This document shows, in pieces, positions 1-10,827 of a DNA stretch of 30,980 nucleotides. The stretch comes from Fonticula alba ATCC 38817. Its lineage: Eukaryota; Protista; Nucleariida. The notes under the pieces were generated by a model. The model was not told where the DNA came from. It worked only from the letters and a program-made list of their open reading frames with translations, and did no database searches. The position numbers and the translations under genes are program-made. The stretch is taken from assembly GCA_000388065.2 (NCBI GenBank), contig KB932211.1. One strand, written 5' to 3'. Position 1 is the stretch's first letter; every line of letters begins with the position of its first letter.

Positions 1-914
1 CCCTCCCTGCGGGGCATGCCACGCTCGGGGACCTGGTCCCGCGGTTCCTAAACTAATCCCACGGACCCGCATCCCGTTTGGGCGATCCAGTTAAGGCGGT
101 GCCGCGTCGCCGGCCCGCCCCATCCGGGTCCGGCGGTCGGCCGTGGGGGCCCGCGCACAAAGACACCCCCCCGCCTCGCCTGGCAGCCCGATGCCATATG
201 CCGCCGGGCTGCCGGGCGTGTCCCGCCTGCGGCCACCACCGCGGCCGGCGCCCACCTGCCTCGAGGGCCCTCGACCGGCCGGCGGCCCTGGCCGGCCGAC
301 CCCCGGCGCGGCCCGCCAGCATCCGCCCGTTCGGGGCGCGTCCCGGCCGGCGGTCGCCTCGCCTGGCGCGCGCGCACACACGCGCCGGGCACAGGCCAAC
401 CCCACCCGGGCATGGGCCGCGCGCCAGCCCGGGCATCGAATCCACCCCGGGCCCGGGGCCCTGCCGCCGAGCCCAGCCCCGGTGGCCATCGCTCGGCACA
501 CGGCCACAGCCCGGCCGACGCGGCGTCCGCATGTCCCCCCCCCGCCGGCCCCTGGGCCCGGATGCCCAGCGGGGCCGATGCACATCCCCGGGCCCCCGGC
601 GCGGCGCGCCATCCCCGCCGGGGCGCGCGCGCGCGCCTCCGGCAAAGCACGAGCTCCAGCCACCCAGGAGGCCCGCCGCCCGGGCTGGGCTGCATCCCGG
701 GCCCCGCGAATGCGCGGGTCCGCCGCTGCGATGATTGCCCCCCCCCCCCGCCGATGCCGGGGGATCCCACGGCACGGGGCAGCTCAAAGGGGGGGGGGGA
801 CCGCCGGGACTCTCCCTCTCAGCGAGGCCCGACCCCGGCCATCGACACGAGGCTCCATGGGGCCCGCCGCGGCCGGCCCGAGCAACATGCGCCCGCCGGA
901 CACCGCGCCGGCAG

Positions 915-953
915 AAAAAAAAAACCCAGCCCGCAGCGCGCCCGGGCGAAAAA
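915..953 (-). terminator. Pol III oligo-T terminators of the tRNA-Asp gene (T5 at 949-953, back-up T10 at 915-924)
   Basis: A5 and A10 runs on the + strand lie just 3' of the minus-strand tRNA. Runs of 4 or more T terminate Pol III (established). Confidence 0.75.
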
Positions 954-958
954 GAATG

Positions 959-1030
959 CTCCCGATCCGGGAATTGAACCCGGGCCTCCCGCGTGACAGG
1001 CGGGGATTCTCACCACTATACTAATCGGGA
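959..1030 (-). tRNA. trnD-GTC: tRNA-Asp (anticodon GTC), 72 nt, no intron
   Basis: Reverse complement is TCCCGATTAGTATAGTGGTGAGAATCCCCGCCTGTCACGCGGGAGGCCCGGGTTCAATTCCCGGATCGGGAG. Acceptor stem TCCCGAT/ATCGGGA, anticodon arm CCCGC-CTGTCAC-GCGGG, T arm CCGGG-TTCAATT-CCCGG, discriminator G, no encoded CCA. Confidence 0.97.
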
Positions 1031-1467
1031 GGCGAGATGGATGCCCCTTCGGTCCGGGGACTGATATGCGTGCCGCCCAGGCGCCGGCCCCGGGGCCGCG
1101 ACACGCCCGCGCCCGCTCCGACACACCCGGGGGCCTGCTCCAGCGCACAGGGGCCCGCCCCCCATGCCAGGCATGCCCTCTCTTGGCCGACGCTCCCCGT
1201 TCCCCGCGCCCTCCCATGCGCCCGGCCCCCCACTCGCCCCGCGCCTTACGCCTCGCGCCCCGTGCCCTCCCATGCGCCCTCCCATGCGCCCCGCGTCCCT
1301 GGATGCCCCCCCACCCCCCTGCTCCACCCGCCCAGATGCCAGCAGACCAGGACCACCCAAGCCCGCGGGGAGGTGGAAAAAAAGGCACACAGAAAAGTTG
1401 CTATTCAAGATGTTTCTTTTCTTGCTTATCCCGGCCGGGCCCGGGGGCCGGCAGAGGGCGGATCCTG

Positions 1468-4400
1468 TCACTGGATGCCGGGCATGCCGCCGGCAAACAC
1501 ATGGAGGCCGGTGCACCGCTCGCGGAAGAGGGCCGCCGAGGGCCGCTCGGCCGGCGCCGCATACAGCGCCGACTCGATCAGGTCCCCGGCAAGGGCCGAC
1601 ACCGCCGGGCCGCGCGACCGCTCGCCAGCCACCACGGCCTCCATGATCTGCGAGATGTCCTTCCCGGGCCAGGGGGCCGTCCGGGTGAGGCACTCCTGCA
1701 GCATGACCGCCGCACTGAAGATGTCCGCCGGCAGGAAGAGCTCCCGATCCAGGAGCACCCCCCGCTGGAAGGCGGCGATCACCTCCGGCGAGGCGTACCG
1801 CACGCTCATGGCATTCAGCTCGGGCGTGCTGTGCACCAGGGCCGAGGACCGGCCGGCGCTCAGGCTCACCGAGGTGCCCAGGTCGCCGATGGCCGCGCTC
1901 CAGCCGCCGGCTGGCCGCCGGTTGACGAAGACATTGCCCGGCTTCAGGTCCCGGTGGGCCACCCCGTGCGCGTGCATGGCCTCCAGCCCGGTGGCCCACT
2001 GGCGGCACAGGTCCGCCAGGTCCACCTCCGACAGGTGGATCTCCAGGTACAGCAACACCTGCAGGTCGCAATCGAAGCGCTCCATCACAATGGCCGGGGG
2101 GGATTCCGAATAGCCATACATCCGGACCAGGTGCCCATGCTCCCGGAGCAGCCACATCAGGGCCACCTCATTCTGGAAGAGGGCATGGTGCACCGGCTGC
2201 ATGGCCTCCGGCCGCATCCGCTTCACGGCCACCACGTCCGGGCAGCCCAGCCGGGCCACGACCCCCGGGCCGATGACCCGCGCGGCGTACACCGACGCCT
2301 GGCCCCCGGCCCCGAGCTGCTCGCCCAGCGGCTGGAAGCCGGCCGCCACGTCCACCAGGATGGCCCCGGGCAGGGCCAGCTCCACGATGGTGTTCAGCAT
2401 GGTGGCGTCCTCGTCGTCGTCGTCGGCCGCCTTGCCGGCCGGGGCCCGGGCCCGGGCCCGCCGCCGCCTGGCCAAATACAGCCCCAGCACCAGCAGCAGG
2501 ACCAGCACCAGCACCAGCAGGCCCACGGCCAGGCCGATGGCCAGGCCGACCCGCGAGCCGGCCGACTCCCGGGCCCGGTCGCAGTGGCCCGGCTCCGGGC
2601 CGGAGCACGGCCCCTCGCAGCTGGCGTGGCACCGGCCGCATGTGCCCGGGTCCTGGGCCTCGGTGAAGTGCCCCTCCGGGCACACCGGCACACAGGCGGC
2701 CCGGCTGTCCGGCGGCCGCGCCGGCAGCAGCAGCAGCCCGGCCATGCACCGGTCGCAGGACCCCGCCTCCGGGCAATGGACCAGCTCCCCGGGCCGGAGG
2801 GTGCACCCGTGCTGGCCGTCGGCCGGCCCGGCGCACTGCTCGCACCCGGCCGGGCACCGAACACACATGTCCCCCACCGGGGCCATGGCCGCCGGGCAGG
2901 CCGACCGGCACTGGGCCTCCTCCGGCACCAGCAGCAGCCCCGGCCGGCAGCCGGTGCACCGGTCGGCCGCGCCGGCGCACCCGGCGCAGGGGTCCGCACA
3001 GGGGCCACACTCGGTCGCCCCGGCCGGCAGGAAGGCCCCGGCCGGGCACTCGACATGGCACTCGCCGGCCGCCAGGACATACCCCGGGTCGCAGGCCGTG
3101 CAGTGCATGGCGCACGCCGGCCCGATGGCCTCGCACGCGCGGCAATGCCCCGGGCAGGCGACACACCGGCCGCCATCCGGACAGCCGGCCCACCCGTCGG
3201 CCGGGCAGGCCCCCACGCACAGCCCCCCCGGGCCGACCATGTCCCGGCCGTGGCAGCTCCGGCAGGAGGCCCGGTCATCGCACAGGGCGCACGACGCGTG
3301 GCAGGCAGCGCACGTGCCGGCCTCGGCGAAGTACCCGGCCGGGCAGCCGGCCAGACACTCGCCCTGCCACAGGACCCGGCCCTCCGGGCAGCCGGTGCAC
3401 TGCCGCGCCCCGGGCCCGGAGCAGGCCCCACACGTCCCATCGCACGGGACACATGCCGACCCCGGGTCCGTGGCATAGGTCCCGGCCGGGCAGGCCGCAT
3501 GGCACCGGCCGGCCAGCAGGAACGGCGCCCCCGGGCCGCACGTCAGACACTGGTCCGGGCCCGGGCCGTAGCATGTGCCGCACGCCGCGTGGCACGTGAA
3601 GCACATGCCGCCCAGCGGGGTGCTGCCAGCCGGGCAGGCAGCCACGCAGGCCGGCCCGGCCAGCAGCCACCCGCGCTCGCACTGCTCGCACGTGCCGCCG
3701 CCGGCCGGGCAGCTGGCGCACTGGCCCGGGCAGGCGACACACCCGCCGGGCTCGGTGCCATACCCGGCCGGGCAGGCCGGCGTGCACCGGCCCGGGCGCT
3801 GGTCCCGCGGCAGGGCCAGCATGCCCGCCGGGCAGGCCAGGCACTCGGTCGACCGGACCCCGGCGCACTGCCGGCAGGACACATGGCATGGCAGGCACCG
3901 GCCGGCCACGGCCACATGGCCCTCGGCGCAATCCTGCAGGCATTGGTCATCCTGCAGCACGGCATCACGGCACCGCCAGCAATGCCGGTCATCGGGCCCA
4001 TTGCACGTGGCGCAGGCCGCATGGCAGGGCAGGCACTGGCTCGTGCCCGGGTCCCGGTACCGGCCATCGCCACAGTGGGACATGCAGGCCCCCTGCCCGG
4101 TGCCCGGGGTCCCCTCCACCAGGTCCAGCCCGGCCGCGCAACTGCCACACTCGGCCTCCCCGCCGCCGGTGCAGGTGGCGCAGCTGACCGCACACGGCTG
4201 GCAGGTCTCCCCATTGGACCAGGTCCCGGCCGGGCACGAGGCCACACAGGCCCCGGGCCCGGTCAGCACCAGCCCCGGCTGGCAGGCCAGGCACCGGTCC
4301 GCCGTGCAGCTCGCGCACCCGGCCGGGCAGGGCACACAGGCGCCCGTGGCCCCGGGCCCCGGGGCCGGCACCTCCCACCGGTGCCCGCCGGCACACGCCT

Positions 4401-7400
4401 GGCAGGCGGTCGCGGCGCCGGCGCACATGCTGCAGCTGCCATGGCACGCGGCACACCGCCCGGGCCCGGCATACTCGCCCGGCGAGCAGGCCGCCCCGCA
4501 CAGGGACGGCACCTGCGCATCGGGGCTCAGGAAAACCAGCCCCGGCCGGCAGGCCGTGCAGGCGGCCCCGTCCGTGCACCCGGCGCACGACCCGTCGCAC
4601 GGCCGGCATGCGGCCGCCGTCACATCCGGCCACCAGTTGCCCGGGCAGCCCGGCACACAGCTGCCCGCATGGTAGAGCAGCCCGGCCGGGCAGGCCGTGC
4701 ACCGGCTCGAGCCGGACCCATCGCACTCCAGGCAGGTGGGGTGGCATGGCTGGCACATGGGCCCGAAGGTGCCGGCCGGGCAGTCGACCACCACCGAGAA
4801 GGCCACCAGCCCGACATGCGGCGCAAGGGCCACCAGCTCCAGCGAGTGCCCGGAGATGGGCGACGCGGCCGATGCCTGCGAGCCGGCCCGCGTCGAGGCC
4901 CCCGGCCCGGACACCCGCCACAGGGCCGCCGGCGACCAGAGAGCCTCGACGTGATTGCGTTGGATCTCCGCCGGCAGCATGGCGAAGGTGGCCGGCTGCA
5001 GGCTACACGGGCCCCGGTCCCCCAGGGGACAGTACAACACCGACAGCCCCAGGAAGGTCCGGCTCATCAGCAGCAGCGCACTCGGATAGTGCGGTCCGCC
5101 CAGGGGCAGGGCCAGGGCTTGGAATTGGCTGTTCGCCTGCCAGCCCGACCCGAGGGCCACCGGCTCCGGGAAGGTCCCCAGCACTTGGACATGGGTGTCC
5201 AGCTCGGTGGCGCGGCCGGCCACCAGCATGTCCCCGGACGCCTGGCGAACAAGCCACTCGGGCCCGGCGGTGTTGACGAAGACCAATTCACCGGGATCCG
5301 CGGCCTGCTCCCGGTGCCGGGGCAGGACCACCGGCACAAAGGCATTGTCCTGGCCCGGCAGCCCCGGCACCAGGGACCCCTCGACCGCCATCCGGCGCGA
5401 GTCGGCCCCCAGCAGCGCCCACGGCCCGGCGGTGGCCTGCTGCCACATGGTCGTCCAGACAAACCAGTCCCCCAGCCCCGGCGCCGCGCGGAGCCCGAGC
5501 GACGTGTGCACCGGCAGGACGGCCACCCCGGTGGCCTCCACCGGCTGGATGATCAACTCCATGGACCTGGGGTCCGCGCGGATGACATACACCTGGGCGT
5601 GGTTCGACCGCACGACAAGGGCATTGGCATGCACGCGTGCCATGCTGGAGCAATAGAAACCCGCGGACTTCGAGTATTGGATGGAATCCACCACACACGC
5701 GGCAGCCACATTGCAAGTCATCCTCAGCATATGGAGCTCGCCCGCGGGGTCGCACGCCATCACCCTATGCGTGGCCTTGCCATTGAACGCCAGCGGCCCG
5801 AGCTCGGCGGCCGACCTCAGCCATGTGCCGATCGGCAAGTTCAGCTGGCTGACCTGTCGCACGCGCGGGACATCCGACTGGATGTCCTGCGGCGATTCTT
5901 GGATGAAGGCGTCGCCGTAGCGCGAAAAAAGCAGGACCCCGGTCGGCGGGCCAGACGGCCGGGTCGAGATGAGGACCGCGTCCGCGTCGAGGTCCAACGA
6001 TAGCCAGCTTTCATTCATGCTGGCCATGTCCATCGGGTCGGGCAAGTCCTCCGGCTGCGTCGGCTGCGGGACGGTCAGCTCGACCGTGGCCCGGGGCTGG
6101 CCGACAGGCTGGCAGGTACCGCTCACCGGGGCGAAGCCCATCGAGCAGGCTGTCACGCAGGTGGTCCTCTGGCTGTCGACATCCACCTGGTTGAGGAAGC
6201 CGCCGGCGCACACCAGGCAGTCCTCTTGGTCACAGGTGAGGCAATTGGGGTCGGTGCAGGCCTGGCAGGAATGGCTCTCATGCGAGAAGGGCGCCTCGTC
6301 TGTCGGGTCTTCGAGTGGGAGATTGGCGGCCGGGCGGGCGCGCACGCGCGCGGCCGGCGTGTGTCGATGAGAATGCGAAAGAACGTGAACATGGACAGGT
6401 CGCAGGGGGGAGGGGGGGGGGGACAAGGCGACAAGGAGCAGGGAGAGGGGGCAGGGCGCATGGACAGAGGTATTATGCACAAGGCGCATGGGGACCGGGC
6501 ACATGCACGGGCCGCAGGGACATGGGCGCAGGCATAACAGCGACACCGAGGGCCAGGGGAGGGAAAAAATACCGGGCACACAGGCCCCAAGCCAAATGTC
6601 CGGCGCCGTGATGGCGTTCAGGGGCGTCAGCAGAAGAAAGCAGGCGGCGAAAGCCCCACAGCCCCCCTCCCGGGCAAGAAGCGCACGCACCTGGCCCTCG
6701 CTCCAGATAGTGCCTCGAGACACAGCCGGCGCACAGGTGAGCGTCCGACACGAAGGGCGACATCGCCTGGCCCGGAGCACATGCCCAGCCGCGGGCCAAT
6801 TCATGGAAGCGGTCCTCCCTCTCGCAACGGATGGTCCAATCATCCTCACAGCCGAGGGCCTTGTCATCGAAGAGCACCGTCGACCCGGACACCAGGTACC
6901 ACGGGTACGTCGGCCGGTCCGAAGTGTGAAGCCGAGCCAACTGCAGGCCGGCCGGCTGGTTGAAGCCCCTCGGCAGGATGACCGCCCGCTTGGCCAGCGT
7001 GTCACTCTCCATGGAGTACATCCACACCCGGTGGAGCGGATCGGTGGCATTCGGCACAATCAAATAGAAGAACTTGGCCAGGTTGGGCGATACGGCATCG
7101 ACCGGGGGGGCCAGGAGCCGCACCCCTTCCAGCGGCAGGACGCTCGGCAAACTCACCGACACATAATCACGTATGCTGGTCGGAGTGAAGCAAGTGAGTA
7201 CAGCCAAAATGCCATCCTTTTGTACGATGATGACATCGGCCCCATCCGGACAGCTTTCCTGGGTGGAGGTCAACCGCGTGGCGGCAAGGGCCAGGATGGT
7301 TCTGCTGGAGGGCCATGAGCGTACGTGCACCTGCATCGAGCTTTCCAGCGCGATGTGCACGACATCCTTGCCGACAGACATGTAGAAGGACTGGTGCATG

Positions 7401-8071
7401 CCGGGCACGGCCAGGCCCGGGCCCAGAAACGCATTGGGTGCAGAGACTGGCAAAGCCAAGGGCCCGGCCCCCGACAACCTGGCCAAGTACACCGAGCGCG
7501 TGGCGTCCGGGTCCCCGATGAGGCCCAGCAGGATGACCTCCCGGTCGGCAGTACCGGCCACAGCGGCCAGCAGCTCGGTGCTCGGGGCCGGAAGGTCGAA
7601 TACCGTGGTGCCATCGAAGTATGCCACCTCCTTGTGAGTATACTCCACGACCGTGGGTTCGGGGTTGTTGACGCTCAGGACAAAGAACAAGCCCCCGGAG
7701 CTGGACAAGCCCGACCGCGGCCGCGTGATCGATTGGAACTCCCCGGCGAAGAAGGGCCCCCAGCGGACCTCCTGCAGGTCCTCCAGCGAGTCCCGCTGGG
7801 TCTTCCTCCTAATGACATCGTCGGAAATCCGGATGAACGCCGTGGAGAAGCCGTCATAGTGCGTGCGCAGGAGGGCCGGCTGCGAGTCGTGCAGCAGCTG
7901 CCACGGCGCCGCGTACAGGAAGACCTCCTGCTGGTGTGAGGGCCTCACCGAGAGCCCGGCCGCCAGCAGCAGGGTGACCAGCAGCAGGACCATGCGTGAC
8001 ATGAGCGCCGGCCGACGCCGGGCCGGCGTGTTCCGGCCGGGTCGGCTCTCGCGCCGGGCCACTGCCAGCAT
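1468..8071 (-). CDS. RK1: single-pass receptor protein kinase (TKL-like) with furin-like Cys-rich ectodomain; complement(join(1468..6299,6691..8071)), ~2070 aa; alternative starts at 8002 or 7993
   Basis: Exon 1 carries a signal peptide (MSRMVLLLVTLLLAAGLSV). The phase-1 intron GTGCGT...CAG (6690-6300) restores the frame as HYLERGP^DEAPFSHESHSCQAC, and the spliced length of 6213 nt is divisible by 3. About 15 CxxCxxxCxxC repeats (2581-4782), TM helix at 2470-2550 followed by RRRR. Kinase motifs: LGAGGQASV, VAVK, NE, HRDLKPGN (1933-1956), DLG, YASPE, DIFS. Full-length homology to RK2. Confidence 0.88.
1500..2330 (-). other. Protein kinase domain of RK1 (RD type, HRDLKPGN; approximate limits)
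   Basis: Kinase subdomain motifs occur in the right order and spacing. Lys in HRDLKxxN indicates a Ser/Thr or TKL loop rather than the HRDLAARN of classical Tyr kinases. Confidence 0.93.
6300..6690 (-). other. Intron 1 of RK1 (391 nt, phase 1)
   Basis: Donor CCAG|GTGCGT, acceptor CCGACAG|AC, pyrimidine-rich low-complexity interior. It joins two otherwise out-of-frame protein-like ORFs at the position equivalent to RK2 intron 1. No clear CTRAC branch point is visible, and an in-phase AAG 9 nt upstream is an alternative acceptor. Confidence 0.78.
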
Positions 8072-9898
8072 GTCGGCCCTTGGGCTGAAGGTGGGCGCCG
8101 GGCGCGGGTGTCCAGGCGGCGAGCGACGGGCAGGCCAGCAACCAGACAAGGGGCCCGGCAGCCGGTGAGCGGTTCAAGGTGCGGCAGAGCACCAAACAGG
8201 GGGCGGGGGGCGCAAAGGGGGGCCGTGTGAGGGGGCAAACACGGGCGAGGGCAAGAGGCGAGGGCAGGGACATTGCACGGCACCGGGGCCCGCCTGGGCC
8301 CGGGGGTACCTGCATTTGACAGACACCCCCGGTCCAGGAGCGGGAGGGCGCGGCGGGGCAAGCACACTCGACGGGGAAAGGGCAAGAGAAGGGCCGGCCC
8401 CCCCCCCCCCCCCTCCCCCCAGACAGCCACCCGCTCGGCCGGCCGGGAATGCGTGTGGTCGGCCGAACGGCCGCGGCGCCCCGCCCGGCGAAGGGCGCTG
8501 CTCTTCCCACGGAAGCCTCGCGCCGCCGATTGGGGCAGGACGCCCCCGGGCGTTTGGACGGCGCGCCCCTTCTGTTTTTTATCGCCGCTGCTGCTCCTAC
8601 TGTTGTGGCTCTTCCCGGGCGACATATTACACCTGGCGCGGATGCTTTTCACATGTGCGGGCATTTTTCCCGCCTGTTTCAGCGCTTCCTGCCCGGCGGG
8701 AGGGGCCGACGCTTCCGGCGCGCCGCCCCCGCCCCTGAGCTTGGAATGGGCACCAAGCCGGTCTGAATCATCCGGCGGAATGCGTGCGTCAACGGAGAAA
8801 CGACCCCTCCCGTGGCACCTCATCAAAAGACCCGCGCACATGCTTCCCGGACGGGAAGGCTCGGGGCCGATCTTCCGCCACTCGCTCCCCTGCGCCCTCC
8901 CTCCCCTGAGCACGCGCGTCTCGCGCTGTGTGTGCCGCGCCCGGCCAGATGCCGCGGGAGCCCGCCCGGCCTTCGCGGCCGCGACCCCCCCCCCCGCCAT
9001 GGGGCCCGGACTCGTTGGGAGGCCATCACCAGAACAGGCTCTGTACTTGGAGAACGGCGCTGGCACGTTGGCACCCGGGGCGAGCGCGCTGCGCATCTAT
9101 GCCCGTGCACGCCGCCACTGCCAACCCCGGGGGCTGAGACCGAGCACAAGAGCCGGGGCCTCCGCAGCCAGGCCGGACGCCGGTCCGGCACTCCGCCTCC
9201 CCTCGCCCCGGCTCCCCGCGGCTGCCCATAGCCTGCCATGTGCATGCCGCCGTCCCGTGCCTGCCTCCTGGGCCGGGCTGTCGATCGCACCCCGGCCGGC
9301 GGCCCCCAGGCCGAGCGGCGTGCGACCAGGCACCCCGGCCACCGCCGTTGGTGAGCCCATCCGCCGGCGCAGGCTCGGTGCCGCCAGCAAAGCCCTCGCG
9401 CGCGGCCGACTGGGTGGTGGATCTCGCGCACGCGCGCGCACACGCGCAACTGTCCACGGGCCTACCCTTGGAGATCGAGGGGGCACGCACGACCCGCCTG
9501 CCGCGTGGGACACGCGTGCCAGGGCCGCCGGGGGGTGCCACCCACCAACCGAATCGACGTGCTGCCCCCTCCCCCTCCCACGCCAACCAGCGCTCCGGAC
9601 GCGCACCATGCCCGGGCCGCCTGTCGGCCGCGCAACGGACACCTCCCCGGGCCCCGGCCGCAAGGGCTGAGGCAAGCGACGTGGCACCCGCCCCGCCTGC
9701 GCCGGCCGGCGACACCAACGCCAGCACCCTGCCCCCCTCCGCCTCGTCCGGCCGGTGGATGGATGCTGGATGCCCGGCCAGGCCCGGCATGGGGACGCCT
9801 GTGCGCCGCAATGGCGCCCCCATCTCGCGCACCGCCGCCCGTCGCCACGGCCCCGCGGCACCGGCGCCCCGCCTGGCAGCGCCTCCCGCACACACACC

Positions 9899-9900
<2 letters not shown>

Positions 9901-9964
<64 letters not shown>
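9901..9964. repeat. Perfect (CA)32 microsatellite
   Basis: Read directly, with a further (CA)4-like run just upstream. Confidence 0.97.
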
Positions 9965-9967
<3 letters not shown>

Positions 9968-10783
9968 CACGAGCATCTTGCCCAGTGATGTCGGGTGTCG
10001 CCAGCGCCGGGCCGCCGGCACTCAGCACGGCTGCCGGGGCCGCAACTACGCCCGGCAGGCCGAGCTCTCGGTCGGGCGGCTCCCGCAGCCCCGGACGCCC
10101 GGGGGGGGGGGGCCATCCACCGGCAACTCCGCTCGCCCTGCAGCCTGGCCCGCGCCGCCCGGCGACCGCGGCGAACCGCACGCCGGGGGACACGAGCCGC
10201 TGGGCCCCACGTCAACCTCCCTGCCCTGGCGGCGGCCCCGCTCGCAGCGCCCAGGCCCAAGATCCCCCTTTGAGCGGGCTCGCCCCTGGAGCCGGTGCGC
10301 GCGCATGCCCGCCCCGCCACTGTCTCTCGCAATGCACTCGCCCCCTTTGGTTCGACCAAGCCCCCCCCCCCCTCGCCCTCGGACGCAGGAGTACTGTGCT
10401 CCGAAGCACCGGCGGTGGGGGCCGCCATGCGCCAGGACCCGGGCGCCCATGATGCGCCCGGCCCGGCTCCAAGTAGGGGGAGGAGGGAGTGCGGGCGTGC
10501 CAGGAGATTCCCCTCCCTTGGGACCGTGGCGGGCCGTGGCCCCCGCTTCGCCAGCCGCCTGGCACCGGGGCCAGCGCGGCCGGCCTGCTGCCGCCCCACG
10601 CCACCAGCCCATGTCGGCCACAGTGCATGCCCGATTGGCGGCTCGAGCGGCGCGCCCCGCGACGCATACGCCCCACCGGCGACCAGCGAGCTGCGCGCGC
10701 CGAGCCAGCACCGCGCGCCACGCCGCCCCCCTGCCGGCGGCCGACCTGCCGGCCGACGGCCGTCGAACCGGCACCCGCCCTGG

Positions 10784-10827
10784 GCGCGCGCACGTGCGTG
10801 CGTGCGTGTGTGTGTGTGTGTGTGTGT
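10784..10827. repeat. Alternating purine-pyrimidine tract, (GC)n-(GTGC)n-(GT)n
   Basis: gcgcgcgcacgtgcgtgcgtgcgtgtgtgt... read directly (44 bp). Confidence 0.9.

Noticed and set aside
1933-1956. Assignment of RK1/RK2 as true receptor tyrosine kinases or as furin/PCSK proteases
   Set aside because: The catalytic loops are HxDLKPxN, not HRDLAARN or HRDLRAAN. The furin-like repeats occur without any subtilase domain.
1066-6003. 1645-aa plus-strand ORF antisense to RK1 (likewise 22433-24736 and 29075-30916 on the minus strand)
   Set aside because: These are shadow ORFs. Strong G/C-ending codon use on the coding strand removes antisense stops, and the products are Arg/Gly/Pro/Ala-rich with no motifs.
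6300-7059. N-terminal ~250 codons of the 1863-aa ORF 1468-7059, or reading RK1 as a frameshifted pseudogene
   Set aside because: This part is out-of-frame exon 1 plus intron sequence. A GT-AG intron at the same position and phase as in RK2 explains the frame change.
8999-9670. ORF with a good Kozak context (GCCATGG; MGPGLVGRPSPEQALYLENGAGTL...)
   Set aside because: Only ~35 residues look protein-like and the rest is low-complexity GC sequence. No domain or splice partner was recognised.
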